Origin: Gnetum montanum
Taxonomy: Eukaryota; Plantae; Gnetophyta
DNA length: 64,000 nt
NCBI GenBank assembly: GCA_015680685.1
Contig: MNCI01002119.1
Span: forward strand, 400,923 to 464,922
Direction: 5' to 3'
Shown here: one piece after another, positions 1-12,800 of the stretch
How the letters are laid out: every line of letters begins with the position of its first letter
Position numbering within the stretch: the stretch's first letter is position 1
Made by a program: the position numbers and the translations under genes
Notes under the pieces: model-generated
The model's database searches: none
What the model saw: only the letters and a program-made list of their open reading frames with translations
What the model was told of the DNA's origin: nothing

Positions 1-2842
1 CAATCAAAGATAAATTCCCACTACTAAGTATTGATCAACTTGTCAACACTACAGTTGGTCACGCTCTGCTATCTTTCATGGACAGTTTCTCCGACTACAA
101 TCAAATTCGTATCAACCTAGAGCATCAGTTAACAACCACTTTCATGACCCCATGGGGTACCTTCTATTACACTATGATGCTCTTTGGACTCAAGAATGCC
201 AGAGCAACCTACCAAAGAGCCATGAATACATCTTTAGTGACTACATCCTAGAAACACTAAATGACTATGTAGATGACATAGAGGTCAAATCTAAAAAGGC
301 TGCTGATCATCCCAATGATCTAGGTGTAGTCCTTAAACATTGTCATATGCATGACTTACACATTAATCCAAAGAATTATGTCTTTGGGGTAAAAATCAAG
401 CGTATGCTAGGGTTCGTAGTTTCAGAGGCTGGGATACAAGTGGACCCTGATAAAGTTAAGGCCATCGTTAATCTAGCATCCCCTACCAACCTTAAAGAAT
501 TATGTGGGTTGCAAGGTAGGGTATAGTTCATTAGAAGGTTTATAGCGAAGTTGACTAACAAGTTACACCCCATGTAACACTTACTAAAGAAAGGGGTTAA
601 CTTTGAATGGATAACCCAGTGCCAACAACCCTTTGATGACGTAAAGAAAGAGCTTATACACCTCCCAACTATTTACCCACCGCAGAGGTTCTACATCTAC
701 CTTGCTACCTCAGACATGTCTATTGTGGCATTTTTGTATAAAAAAAGAGAGGATAGCTCTAAGACCCCAATCTATTACTTAAGCCACGCATTGATAGCAT
801 ATGAAGCCAAATATAACAAAGTGGAAAGAAATTGCCTTGCCCTAGTGTTTACATTAAAAAAGTGGAGGCATTATCTATTCCGCAGTCAAGTGAACATCAT
901 ATGCAAAAGAAACATACTTCGGGCTATCATAAATAACTTGTATGAAAGTAGTAGGATAACCCAATGGAAAGAAATAACAGTAGAGTTCAATTTACATTAT
1001 GTGGCCCAATCATCAATGAAAGGTCAAGAGATAGCTACATAGCTTGAAACCTCACCTGTTGATGATAAGGTAATCATAGAATCCAAATTCCCAAATGAAC
1101 AAATTAGCACTATCAATCTTGTACCATCGCATTTCGAGGAAACTATGCACTTTGACGGTGCCTCAACTATGTGAGGTGGTAGTGCTACCACCGTCATTTC
1201 ATCACCCTCAGTGAACATGCAACCTTTTGCTTACCTCTTTGCATTCCTTTATACGAACAATGTGGCTGAGTACGAAGGACTCCTCAGAGACCTCTTAGGA
1301 GCCCAGTAATTAAAAATTCAACATTTGGCAATTCGAGGTGACTCCCAACTTGTCATCAATCAAATCACTAAGGTCTATGCTTGCAAAGCTACTCATCTAC
1401 AACCCTATTATGACCTAGCCAAAATTTTGCTCAAAAATTTTGCCACAACAGATGTCCAACATGTGCCATGCAATGAAAACACCGTAGTAGATGCCTTGGC
1501 CACGCTAGCATTAAATGTGCCACCACACCTATTCGCAACCTTGCCCGCATCGATAACCGAGTGTATGGAGCCTATCACTCAAGCGGTACATGTAGCCTCT
1601 GTAAGTGTTGCTAACACCCAAGAGTGGTATGCCAACATTAAATCCTATCTGCAACATGGAAAATCCCCACGCAGTTTAACATCTACCCAAAGGGATACAA
1701 TTAGAAAGCATGCTCGGAAATATGTACTAATGGGAGATAACTCTTTATGCAAACACTCCTTTGACAGGATATTGCTAGCATGCATAAATGAGGACCAAGC
1801 GCAAAAGATCATCAATGAAGTCCATAAAGGACTATGCGGTGGACACATAGCCCCTAGGGCCATGGCAGCAAAGATTAGGCACCCAGGATATTACTAGCCT
1901 CACATGGAATGAGATTTCCTTGCCAAGATTAAGACTTGTGACATGTACTAATGATATGAAAATCTTTTACATGTTTCACCTACCGAGTTACACCCTACAC
2001 AGATCACATGGTCATTCCCACAATGGGGACTAGACATTATAGGACCCATCACACCTAAGTCTTCTGTAGGGCATAGCTTCATCATCACCACCACTAAGTA
2101 CTTTACAAAGTGGGTAGAGGCTATCCCCCTTAGGAATACTACATCTCAACAGGTTTGCCACTTTATATTGGATAACATAGTGACAAGGTTTGAGCTTCCC
2201 ATGACTATTGTGATCAACAATGGGCCACAGTTTAGTAGTAACCTTGGCATTAGGTAATCTTTCTCTTCGTCATATTACCCGCAAGCAAATGGATAGGAAG
2301 AAGCTACGAATAAAGCCATCATCAACTTGCTCAAGAAAATGCTTAGCAGCAACAAGAGGTGATGGCACAAGCAAATCCTCTATGTGCTATGGGCTTACAA
2401 AACGACATGCAAAACTACGAGAGGTAAAACTCCTTATAGCCTTATTTATGAATCTGAAGCGATGTTACCTCTTGAGATGCAGGTACCATCACTTCGAATG
2501 ATCTTATCAAATGTCATGAATGAAGCCCAGAACAACAATTCAAGAATTATTGACCTCGACTCCATAGAGGAGGAGCGTACACAAACACTTGGCCTCATCG
2601 AGCGATATCAAGATAGGCAATGGCAAAAGCATCACATAAATTTACATCAATGTCCAATAAAAAAGTGGGACCTATTCCTCAAAGCTATGCATGAACATGT
2701 AAAAAAATTTTCAACGAACTGGGAAGATCCATTCATAGTCACAAAAGCCTACGAGAATGGAGCCTTCAAGCTAGCAGACATGGATGGTAGAGAGTACAGA
2801 AACCCTGTAAATAACCTATACTTGAAGCCATACTACATCTAA
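1..2842 (+). pseudogene. pol: Degenerate pol of element A (RT, RNase H, archaeal-type RNase H, integrase)
   Basis: LNDYVDDI (RT), YNKVERNCLAL (RH), EYEGLL..GDSQLVINQ (aRH), VHKGLCGGH and TPYSLIY (INT), ends YLKPYYI*; many stops and frameshifts. Confidence 0.93.
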
Positions 2843-2868
2843 GGTGGAAGCAAGGTAAGCACCATTGT

Positions 2869-3385
2869 TCGCTATGACTATAAACTGGCACAGGTAAGCA
2901 TTCATAGTCTGCTACGACTATAAACTGGCACAGATAATCTGCCATGACTATAAACTAGCACAGATAGCCTACCATGACTATAAACTAGTTTAGAACATCT
3001 ACCATGACATTAAAATAGCACAGATGATCTGCTACGACCTTAAACTAGCCCATCCACCATCCACTACGATGATAAACTAGCACAGTGGTCTGCTAGGACA
3101 TTAAACTAGCACAATGATCTGCTAGGACTTTAAACTAGCACACCATGGTCTACTGGGATCTTAAACTAGTACAGCGATCTGCTAGGACCTTAAACTAGCA
3201 CAGATGATCTGCTACGACCTTAAACTAGCCCATCCACCATCCACTACGATGATAAACTAGCATAGTGGTTTGCTAGGACATTAAACTAGCACAACGGTCT
3301 ACTAGGACTTTAAACTAGCACACCATGGTCTACTGGGACCTTAAACTAGCGCATCTGATGGTCTACTAGCACCTTAAACTAGGTT
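2869..3385 (+). repeat. Tandem array of ~30 bp units with core (GAC)NNTAAACTRGCA downstream of pol, including a 180 bp higher-order duplication
   Basis: Repeated ctaYgactataaactRgcac units; the block starting 3021 recurs at 3201. Confidence 0.9.
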
Positions 3386-4768
3386 TGCGGCACAACATCC
3401 TTAGCATGCATCCATGACCCTACATAGCAAGTGAGCATACACAATGCCAACATGGGGTGGGATGTTGCAATTTTAAAATATAGTTCACGATGCCAAGAAA
3501 ATACCCTCTAGAATATATGCAACGCCACTACCCCTGGCATCTTGCTAATCTTCTGGAGATGTCGTTGGACATCCTACTAACCTTTCGAAGCTACCGCTAC
3601 CACTGCCCATCACTCTGGCAGTAGCTTCCATTGTTAGCACCTACTGCTAGAGCCCCAGCACTATTGTGGCCCAGCCACAAGGTAGCTTTCCTATAGCCCT
3701 TGCCCTAGTCCAAGCTCAACAGGCGTTCAGCTATCAAGTCTCTTTGCTTATAGTTGAACTACATGATGTTTTCCTTGGGTGCGGATTCCTAAGCATTCAC
3801 ATCACCGCAACTCCTAGCCTTCTCAGTGCTAACCCCTCCATGCTGATGCTACCAGAACCACTGCTGGCCTTTCTGGTTTGGATGTCACATGCCTCAGTAA
3901 CAACGTCCATTACTCCAGCAATGTCCAAAGCAAGAAAGAACTTAGCCTTCATTTTTGTTGATGGGTTTTTCTTCTAGTTTGCTCTTTGTTGTGTTTGTAG
4001 GGTACAGGCTAGAGAGGTGTCGGTCGAAGGTGCATTTTTCCAGGGTGGCAGGACACAAAATCGTTATAAGGTGGTCATCTTGACTAGCTTGGTCACTTGG
4101 GAGTGCACATCCCATCCTTCCCCTTAACCTCCTTTACCTCATTCCTTCCACCCATAATTCTCCTTCTCACACCTCTTTTTATGAGTTTTCCCAATGCCTA
4201 TAAAGCCTTCCCATATGCTCAACCACAAAGTCCATGATGTGCATAATGCAACTCACCACATGGGAAGCATCTATAGGCAGGTCAAAACCCCACGCAGATG
4301 TAATACAACTCATCCTAGGAAGGAAACACCTATCCTACAACAAGGTTGTTTGCAAATGAATGTGGAAAAATAGCAAATGAAAAGCATAAAAGAGCAAAAT
4401 CTCAAAAAAAAATTTCCCAAAATGAATGGCACATCAGTTATTTTTGAAATGGCACATCAGCTGTTTTGCAATGGGCATCTCTAAGCATTCCAATGAGAGG
4501 TCAGAATCCTACAAAAGAAAGATGTCCATGCATATTGACTCCCTCACAAGCACTCTGACAAGGTACCATACTATGCTACATCTTTCCCTTTCTGAAATTG
4601 TCCCTACAGATCCACCCTTTCCCCTTTCCCTACATGACTATCCTGGCACTCTCAAGTATAGCCAAGCGACATCTGGGTGATTACTAAAGAATGATGTTAG
4701 CATCTTGTCTTTTATGTTGTTTCATATTCTTTGTCGATGTCTCTCAGGCCTGTCCTCCAGATGTCAAT

Positions 4769-4777
4769 AAAGAGGGG
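4769..4777 (+). promoter_or_regulatory. Polypurine tract (PPT) of element A
   Basis: AAAGAGGGG 4 nt upstream of LTR start TGAAACACC; same arrangement in all seven elements. Confidence 0.85.
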
Positions 4778-4781
4778 CTAG

Positions 4782-6533
4782 TGAAACACCATAAAATTTC
4801 AAGACTCATGTTCCACCAAAGCCTTGAAACTTAGGCAAGAATTTCCACAAGTATAGCATCATGATAGTTCACACCGAGGGTCTAGTCCGGTAGGTTTTCT
4901 ACTTTTCATACTGAAAGGCTCACCAACCTACCCAAATGGATAGTTGGCCCAGCTAACAATCTACCCAAAGACCATGCTTGGAGTTGTCAACGGTAATCAG
5001 GATGAGTGAAACAGTTTGGAAAGTTTTCTAGTGGAGAGGTCTGCTACGCTACGCGATGTTGCGTAGCGTAGCAAGCTTTCGAAAAACCAATCAAGCATCC
5101 GAATTACAAGATTTAGTAAGATGTTCACACAAAACAAAGTTTGAATTTGGCCAACATAGGGTGCTATGCTATACTATGCTACATAGCATAGCACAGTGTA
5201 GCAAGTGCGAGACATGCAAAGACTCCTCTGCCAAGCTACTTCGGCAAAAAGACATCATTTAACAACATTTTGGCTTCCAGAACTACCCTGTCTCAATTAG
5301 CCCTTGAACCACAAGCAAAGTTTTCTTATGAAACTCTGCAGGTTTGATAGAAATGGATGTTACATTAGCCTCTACGCTATGCTACGCTACGTAGCATAGC
5401 ATAGTGTAGCAAAAGTGCAAATCAATGAAGTGCTCCAAAGATTAACTTGGTGTGCGTCAAGCTTCCAATGAATGCTGTCGACTCCAACACAAGTTTCCTA
5501 TTTAGACTGACGGCTACACTATGCTATGCTACAGTGTAGCAAGCAGTTACGCTATGTCAATATGCTAGATAGCGTAAGTGAACCAATGGCTATGCTACAA
5601 AAATGTGCTAAACAGCATAAGTGATGAAAAGTTGACAGAGGTATCAAGACATCTTCAGCTAGCTCTATAGCATGTTAGCAATAACTAAGCTCGCCATGAT
5701 CAACAACTTTGTTCCACTTTGGCATACCCCTTAGTCCATCCCCCAAAATTTTTTGCTACGCTTGATCCTATCCATAAGGATAGGGGAGACGTACTCCTAG
5801 GGTGAGCACTCCATTTCTTCTTGCATTGTTAGCACGCAGGATTCCAACATGTGCAGTTTCGACAATGTGGTTGTAGTGTAACAAGGTTTGCGACTGACAT
5901 AACATGCCCACATTATACCATCAGGTTTGCATAGTGAGGTCTAGGACACGTGGCACCTAAATTATGTTTTTCTCCTACCCCTGGCCCTATAAATACCCCA
6001 GCAAACAACACTCAAAGGGTTGGCTTTTCTGATTGGCTTTCCTGATAAAAAAAAAGAATCAGTATCTTTGCAATAACAAGAGTAGTTGGCTTGTTGGCAT
6101 TCAGCCTTGACCGACATAGTTGGCATTTTCTCTTAATTACTATAGTTCCTCTTGATTCCTCTATGCACCTTCGGCATTGTATAACTTGTTATACATCTTT
6201 CAATGAGACAAAGAATCGAAGCTACGATCTTGAAGTGGTGCATTCTCTCACTCTAGTTTGCTTTATGTTTTTGTTTATTATCATCGTATTTTGCATCATC
6301 TTTGTCCTGTTGCATTTAATAATCATCATATTACGCTATGAGCATCATTTTCTAAAATAAAATATTTACGTAATGTTAAGATTCCACCAATTAAGTCCTT
6401 GTCTGATTGACCAGACCATTCAGGGCACCCTGAGTCCATTTTCTCCATCACGGCCCTCGCATGGATCTAGGGTTAAACTGTTTCACTTGGTAACCTCTCA
6501 GTGTTCCAACAACTAATGTTTTTGGTCACTACA
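4782..6533 (+). repeat. 3' LTR of element A
   Basis: TG...CA ends, follows PPT, homologous to LTRs of B and E, contains TATA box. Confidence 0.87.
5945..5994 (+). promoter_or_regulatory. LTR promoter: G-box (GACACGTGGC) about 40 bp upstream of TATA box (TATAAAT)
   Basis: gacacgtggc 5945-5954, tataaat 5988-5994; equivalent pair on the minus strand in LTRs of C, D, E and F. Confidence 0.65.
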
Positions 6534-9506
6534 CCATCACCAGTAGCCAACCCAATCTCAATGGCATGGTGGACTCCAACCCCTTCCTTACCTATGAACC
6601 AACCTTCTCAAGTATGATACTACATGCAACCCCAAGCCCACTAGCTTCCACACGTAGTACAACCCAGTGCAAGGCTATGGACCACCCCACCAAGTGGGTA
6701 ACATATCAACCACATAGCCCCACCAATGACCACCACATCAACGGCACAACCCACTGAGTGGTGGACAGCCCAGGGAATGTCATTCGCAGGAGCAACACCA
6801 ATAGTGCCCCCCATGGGCTAGGCTGCTGCCTCTACACTGCAACCCCCATCAACGTACATGATGGCTGCTCAAGCAGCCCCATAACCATTTGCAGCATCAT
6901 AGGGTCCAGACCAAGCGTTCCAACTTATCCAGACCCTCACTGAAGAGATTAAACATCTCAGAGCCATCGGTTCTGATACAGTGTAGATCATGGATTTCTA
7001 CCATGATGACCCCATCAACCCATTTGTTCCCATGCTCACGTTACCCCCTAGGATACCACTCCCCTAATTCATGAAATACAATGGGGAGGGCAATCCCATT
7101 GCATATTTAGTTAGGTTTAGATCTGAATCTTTGTTGTTGCAAAAGTGGTCACACACTATCATCCACGTCTTTGCCATGTATTTGATAAGCAAAGCTCTAG
7201 ACTGGTACTGCATGCTCCCACGTGCCACCATCTCAACTCTGGAGGAGCTGCTAGCTCAATTCATACCTATTTCATGTATAAATTGAAACTGGAGGTCACG
7301 CTGGATCAGTTGATGAGTGTCAAGCAAGACTCAATGGAATCTGTACAAAAGTTCATACAGTGGTGGAGTGCCACCTTGAATGAGATCTATGAGCCTATCG
7401 TGGAGGCCCATCTATTGGCCATCTTCAAGGGAGCAATAAATGACTTTATCAAGTCAAACCTGTACTACTTAGCCCCATGCTCCCTTAGTCAAGCTTTCGC
7501 TCAGACGAAGAGCATCCAGGACGTGGCCAAAGCTAGTAAAGACCTAGCCTATGTTGCATATAAAAACACATATATTAAAAAAGACAAGGAAAATGGCAAG
7601 GCTAAAATAGCCATGGTTGTCGCTGTGGAAAATGAGGCCAAGCCCAACAATAGAAATAATAAAAAGGTGGCCGCAGCAACAACGGCTAGCTCTAGTAACA
7701 CCGGCCCGTCCTCAATGTCAACACCAGAGGCATCAACCAATCCTAAATCAAAATTTTAGCATAAATATCATTCTAAATACACTCCTTTATCCATCAAGAC
7801 TTCAGAACTCTTGAAACAATTGTTGGGCGTTGGGTATATTAAACATAAGTCAATGTCAAAGGAGGCGATCAAACGTCATCAATGGCATTATGAACTTCTT
7901 AGGAACCCCTCCTTGGCCACGCCCAATGACCCCCTAGGTCCTAATAACTGTAAGCTGGAATGATTCTATGACTACCATCAACTTTCTGGTCATGACACAG
8001 ACTACTATCTAGCATTAAAGGATGACATCCAATGTTTGATTGATTGGGGGAAGTTGGTTTTGAATGAAAGTAATCCTATCCACCCTGAAAATCAATCTAT
8101 GCATGTTTACAAGGACCCCCTCAATGCCAACAATGTGGGGTATATCATCAACAAAATTTACATTGATAGTAACCTAGATCTGCCACAACAATCGTTCATG
8201 GTGTGTGTGCCTCAACATATCATAGCGACAACAACAACAATGAAAAGGATGCTGCAACAATCATTTGTCCTTAAGGTTCCCTACCTGACATCTTCCCCTA
8301 CACCCTTCGTACTCAAAACTGTACTGCCACCTGTGCCAACACACAGGCACCATTTTTCATTAGGGGGTCAAAACACTCAACTACCCCCACCACATAAAGC
8401 CAATCCAAAACAACCCCTCAGCCTTCCCATTTAAAGAAATGGGAAGAGCATCTAAAGGACAAGACGGTCAAGGAACATATCGCCTCAAGTCCCCCCAAGC
8501 CTACCCCCTTGTCCTTGATGTCCATGCCCCCCACCCCTCATCATCAACAGTTGATGCTGCCACATGTACGCAATCACCACCACCCCACCCAAGAAGGTCT
8601 AACCCCCAACCTAAAACTACCCCTCCTCGAGAGATTCATCTCCTAGGATGAATGGAAGAAGAGAAGGGTAGCAAACAACAAGAAAGTAGATAGGACCTTC
8701 TAAACACCCTTACCCTAGTTAAACAAGCTCTAAAATAAAAGAATACAACCTTGAGCCTATATGACCTAGTAATGACCTCCACTGCACACTACGAGGCCTT
8801 GGCTCGCATGTTAATGTCCATTCCAGTTGATAAAAACATGCCAGTAGAGGAGAAAGCAATCCATCCAGTCATGCTTCCTTCTACGCCTGAGGAATCGTGG
8901 CCAGATCAGTTGATGTTCCATGATGAATCCATTAGGGATGACCCTAAAAAGGATCGAGTGATAATAGTATCCCTGTTCATCACATTTTGGGTCAGTAAAC
9001 ACAAGATCTGAAGAGTACATGTTGATGATGGGGCTACTACAAATGTCATCCCATTTCCCATAGTGGAAAAACTGGGTTTGGTTGATCAAATCAAATCCAC
9101 AACCTCATGCCTAAAGTCATGCAATGAAGCATGGATAGTGGTAAAGGGGACTTTCCACATCAAATTTGTGGGGGACCAGTTCTCCACAAGCGCAACATTC
9201 ATCGTGGTAGAAGAGATGTGTGGGTTTAACCTGATCTTGGGGAGGTCATGGTTAGCCTAACTGAGGGTTGTCTTTTCACCCATACATTAAGAGATCCACC
9301 TACCTTACATGGGTAGGGAGGTGGTGATCTATGGTTATGAAGTAGCCACCCAAGCAATAAACAATGTCAACATGGAGGAGGGTTCAGAAGTAATAATCTC
9401 TGAAAATGAAGTCCCTATCCCCATCGAGGCTACCTTTTTGGCTAATGAGCTGGTCCAAAATGCTGGCTTAGAAAATGAAACTATCAATGGCCCAAAATGG
9501 CCTTAA
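6534..9506 (+). pseudogene. gag: Degenerate gag and aspartic protease of element B
   Basis: KYNGEGNPIAYL..F and ALDWY (Gag), YHQLSGHDT knuckle remnant, VHVDDGATTNV and FNLILGRSWL (protease). Confidence 0.85.
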
Positions 9507-9863
9507 ACTATCACTATGGCACGCCAAGGCCTAAAACTAGCCATTTAAAAATAATAAAGAAATCCTTTATCATTTAAAAAAAGACAAAGAATAAAAATAA
9601 ATACAATACACTAGCTAAAATGAAATAAGTCTCTTCACATTCCATTTGTCATTCAAAATATCAATAAATAATATTTACAAAATTTTTGTAAATTTAAAGA
9701 TAAGAATGAAATTTCCTACCACTGTGCTATGAGCCTTCACCAGCTCCATCATCCCCTACTTCATTGGGTTCTATTTTTTTGTTTGGATTGTGCATCACAA
9801 AGAAAATAAAATAATCAGTTAAAGCTATAATAAAGGCTTTCATAAAAAATAAAAACTATGGCA

Positions 9864-12800
9864 TCACAAAAGGTGACTAACCTGAGATGGCCCCACGTCC
9901 ATTTTGGAGGGTATCTGATCCATGCCAATTACGAGACATTGCAAGATCTCCTCCTTGGTGATGTCGGTCCAATTCCTATCTCCCAAATTAGCACTTTCTA
10001 CAACCTTCTCCATTTCTATAGTTTTCCATCTAGGTTGTCTTGGAGAAAAGGTGGTAGTGGTGGCCTCACCCGCAAGTAGGGTCATCTCCCTTTCAGGAGA
10101 TTCACTAACTGTCACCTATAGCATGAACTTGTCATAAGCCCTAGAAGTGCTAATAATGTCAAGGAATACCTCATGGGTATGCAACTTGATAAAAGCATCT
10201 CGATACTGTTTACGATAGGTGGCACATTCCAATTTGTACATGTGTTTGTGATTCTTCTGTGCCTACTCCCACTCGTAAACCTTCGTGCTATAATCCTTCC
10301 AATCTTAGTTCTTCTAGGTTAGAAGGTCCATTTGCATACGTTGTTTGATTATCTCACATGTGGCTTCATTGTTGCATCGCATGGCCATCCAATATCTTGC
10401 ATAGTCGATGATGGCCATACGCCAACTACCATCATTAGTGTCTTGAGCCAACAGGAATTCATTCCTAGATTGGAGATTCCCCACCTTAGAGGTTAAGTTG
10501 GTTTTCTCCTTTTCAAGCCTTTACACCCATTTCCAAAGTTCTTTGTTTACGTGCCTACACTTCCACAGGGAGCGTGTCGAGTACAACGCACATTTTCTTG
10601 CTTCTTAGTATATGTGACGAGGTACTTCAGTTACCTCTGGTGGAAATTCAGGCATGGCATTGACCTCAACTGCTTTCTTGGGATCCCACTTGAGGTGAGA
10701 GGCTACCAACTGCACAAAGAATGGACATTAGTCATAGTGACATAGTGAAACTACAACATTTTAAAAAGTCTACCATAGAAACTCTAACTTACCAATCTCC
10801 AAATCGATCTTCTTCAGACAATTGACCATCCCGTCTATAAAAGTGAATTTATCAGGGGTTTCGGTCCATGGTCATAGGCAAATCGAAGGGCTAGGAGTAT
10901 CAACAGTAGTGTCTACTGCATGGTAAAATGTGTTAGCCATAGTGGAAAGGAGAACAATAAAGCTGATGAATAACATAAATGATAGTGTAAAGCTCCTACC
11001 TAGCAAATCCTCAGGGGTGATAGCAGGGCGTCGCCCATCGACACACTGTCAAACTCACCAGCGTCAAAATGGAGCCCCTCTCTCTCTAGCTAACCCAATA
11101 GCATTGCAGCATCCTGAACACTCATATGCCCCTCCGATACTAAACTACATTTGGAAAAAGGGTCATCAGCAGGGGCCTCTACCTGATTGGTAAGGACCTC
11201 TTCTACATCAGTTGGGGCTATTTCTTCATTAGCAGGGGCCTCTTCTTCATTGGCAAGGGCCTCCTCCTCACTGGCCCTTTCTTCTATGGCAGGGACCCCT
11301 TCTTCGTCGGCTAGGGCCCTTTCCTCTATGGTCGAAGCCTCTTCATCTTCACCAGTCATCCCTGTTTCAGGGGCCATCACCTCTTCCACCCCTTCTTCTT
11401 CTCCTTCCTCTGCTAATAAAAACGTAAGTACAATAGGAAAAATACACCAACTTGGAACAAACACTACACCATGCAATGTTATCTAGCGTAGCACAACATA
11501 GCGAGTGTTAACTGAGTATGAAAATACACTTACCAATTGGAGGTTGCACTCTACTAAGTTTGAGTCACAGCTTCTTCCCCCTCTCTTCATTTGTATGGGG
11601 AGTCACTTCGGCAGAATGGGACCTTTTACGTTGCAAACTAGTCACCACTATTTCTGCAATGAGGCATTCTCCTCTTGTCACACTACCCATGTTAATGGTG
11701 GGAGCCTCTCTCACGCTATCCTAGGCATGAAAGGTACATGTCACCCAATCCCTGGTTGTTATCAAAAATGATTCCCCAATAGCTTTTGAGGGATCTTGGG
11801 ATCGTGTGCTATGGAAGAATTGGCAAATCCATGATTTGGAAATCTGATTGTAGTCTTGCTGCACCCAGATGCCATTCTCATGGACTACCAAGAATTCCGA
11901 AAAATGCCACACGTAGGCTACAGAGAAGGCATAGTGCACATTGAAACAAGACTCAAGATTCCCATGAAGTTTGACCATTTCATCCTGCAAGCCTTCACAA
12001 AGGTATTTGACCCAATTATAGCAAGTCCCTTCTTCCATGCCATCCCTCATTATCCAAGCTTGCTCCACTCCAAGGATTTTTCCTTGGGAGAGTAGCTTGG
12101 GGAAGGTAGGAGCACAGAAGATAGGATTAATCATTTTGGCCACCCTTATCCTAACCTTCTCAATGTAGATCCCCTTTCAATCCTTTACCATCCCTAGCCA
12201 CTCCTCAATGTCCCCTTGATGGTTTGCATCTTTCTTAGATTTTTTTCCTATAGAGAGACCATCAGAAGGGACACTGAAGAGATCCATGAATAGTTGGTCA
12301 TTGATTTCAAACACCACCCATACATCGTGAACGCGTGTACAGAAGCAGTCAGCCTTCTTAGAGAAGGAGTCAACTAGGGAAAGCATTTTGGTAGGTAGGA
12401 CACTTGGGTTTATAGTCAAAAATAAGTCCATGAGCCCAGCCTCCTTAAGGTTGTGGACAAGCATGGTTGGGGCCCCATTGCAGAGCCAATGTTGGGTCTC
12501 CTCCACCTCCCCATACTTGAAAAAGAGGTTGGTTTCATTACACCCTAAGGTGATCATAGTGACCTCTTAGGATTTCCTCACCACTGTAATAGTTTGCAAA
12601 ACAAAAAGAAAAAGTTAGCAAAACAATGATCACCACTCGAACATATAACAACGAATTCATAGTTTAGCGTACTAGGTTTAAATAGCGTGGGAAATGGTGG
12701 GAGCTCCACTAACACATCTTCAACAGTGAGTGGCTTGAGTGATGACCACTCCCTATTCAACCAACCAACTTCCTTACACTTTCTATAAAATTGGGAATAC

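Larger units (their letters stand above)
1..6533 (+). mobile_element. Element A: 3' part of a Tat/Ogre-like Ty3/Gypsy LTR retrotransposon (pol, 3' region, PPT, 3' LTR), inserted in the gag region of element B
   Basis: RT/RH/aRH/INT remnants 1-2842, PPT ~4769-4777, LTR 4782-6533 (TGAAACACC...GGTCACTACA), followed directly by gag-like sequence with no PBS. Confidence 0.9.

Noticed and set aside
2869-3385. Repeat-spacer pattern resembling a CRISPR array
   Set aside because: Repeats are degenerate, spacers are short and shared between elements and duplicated blocks, there are no cas genes, and the context is a plant retrotransposon
6091-6360. Hydrophobic ORF suggesting an env-like or membrane protein
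   Set aside because: T-rich LTR sequence; no ATG start and no sign of coding constraint. The same applies to other short ORFs in LTRs and to shadow ORFs opposite pol
4782-6533. LTR A as the 5' LTR of element B (tandem elements sharing an LTR)
   Set aside because: No PBS or leader follows it; sequence goes straight into the interior of gag, which fits insertion of A into B
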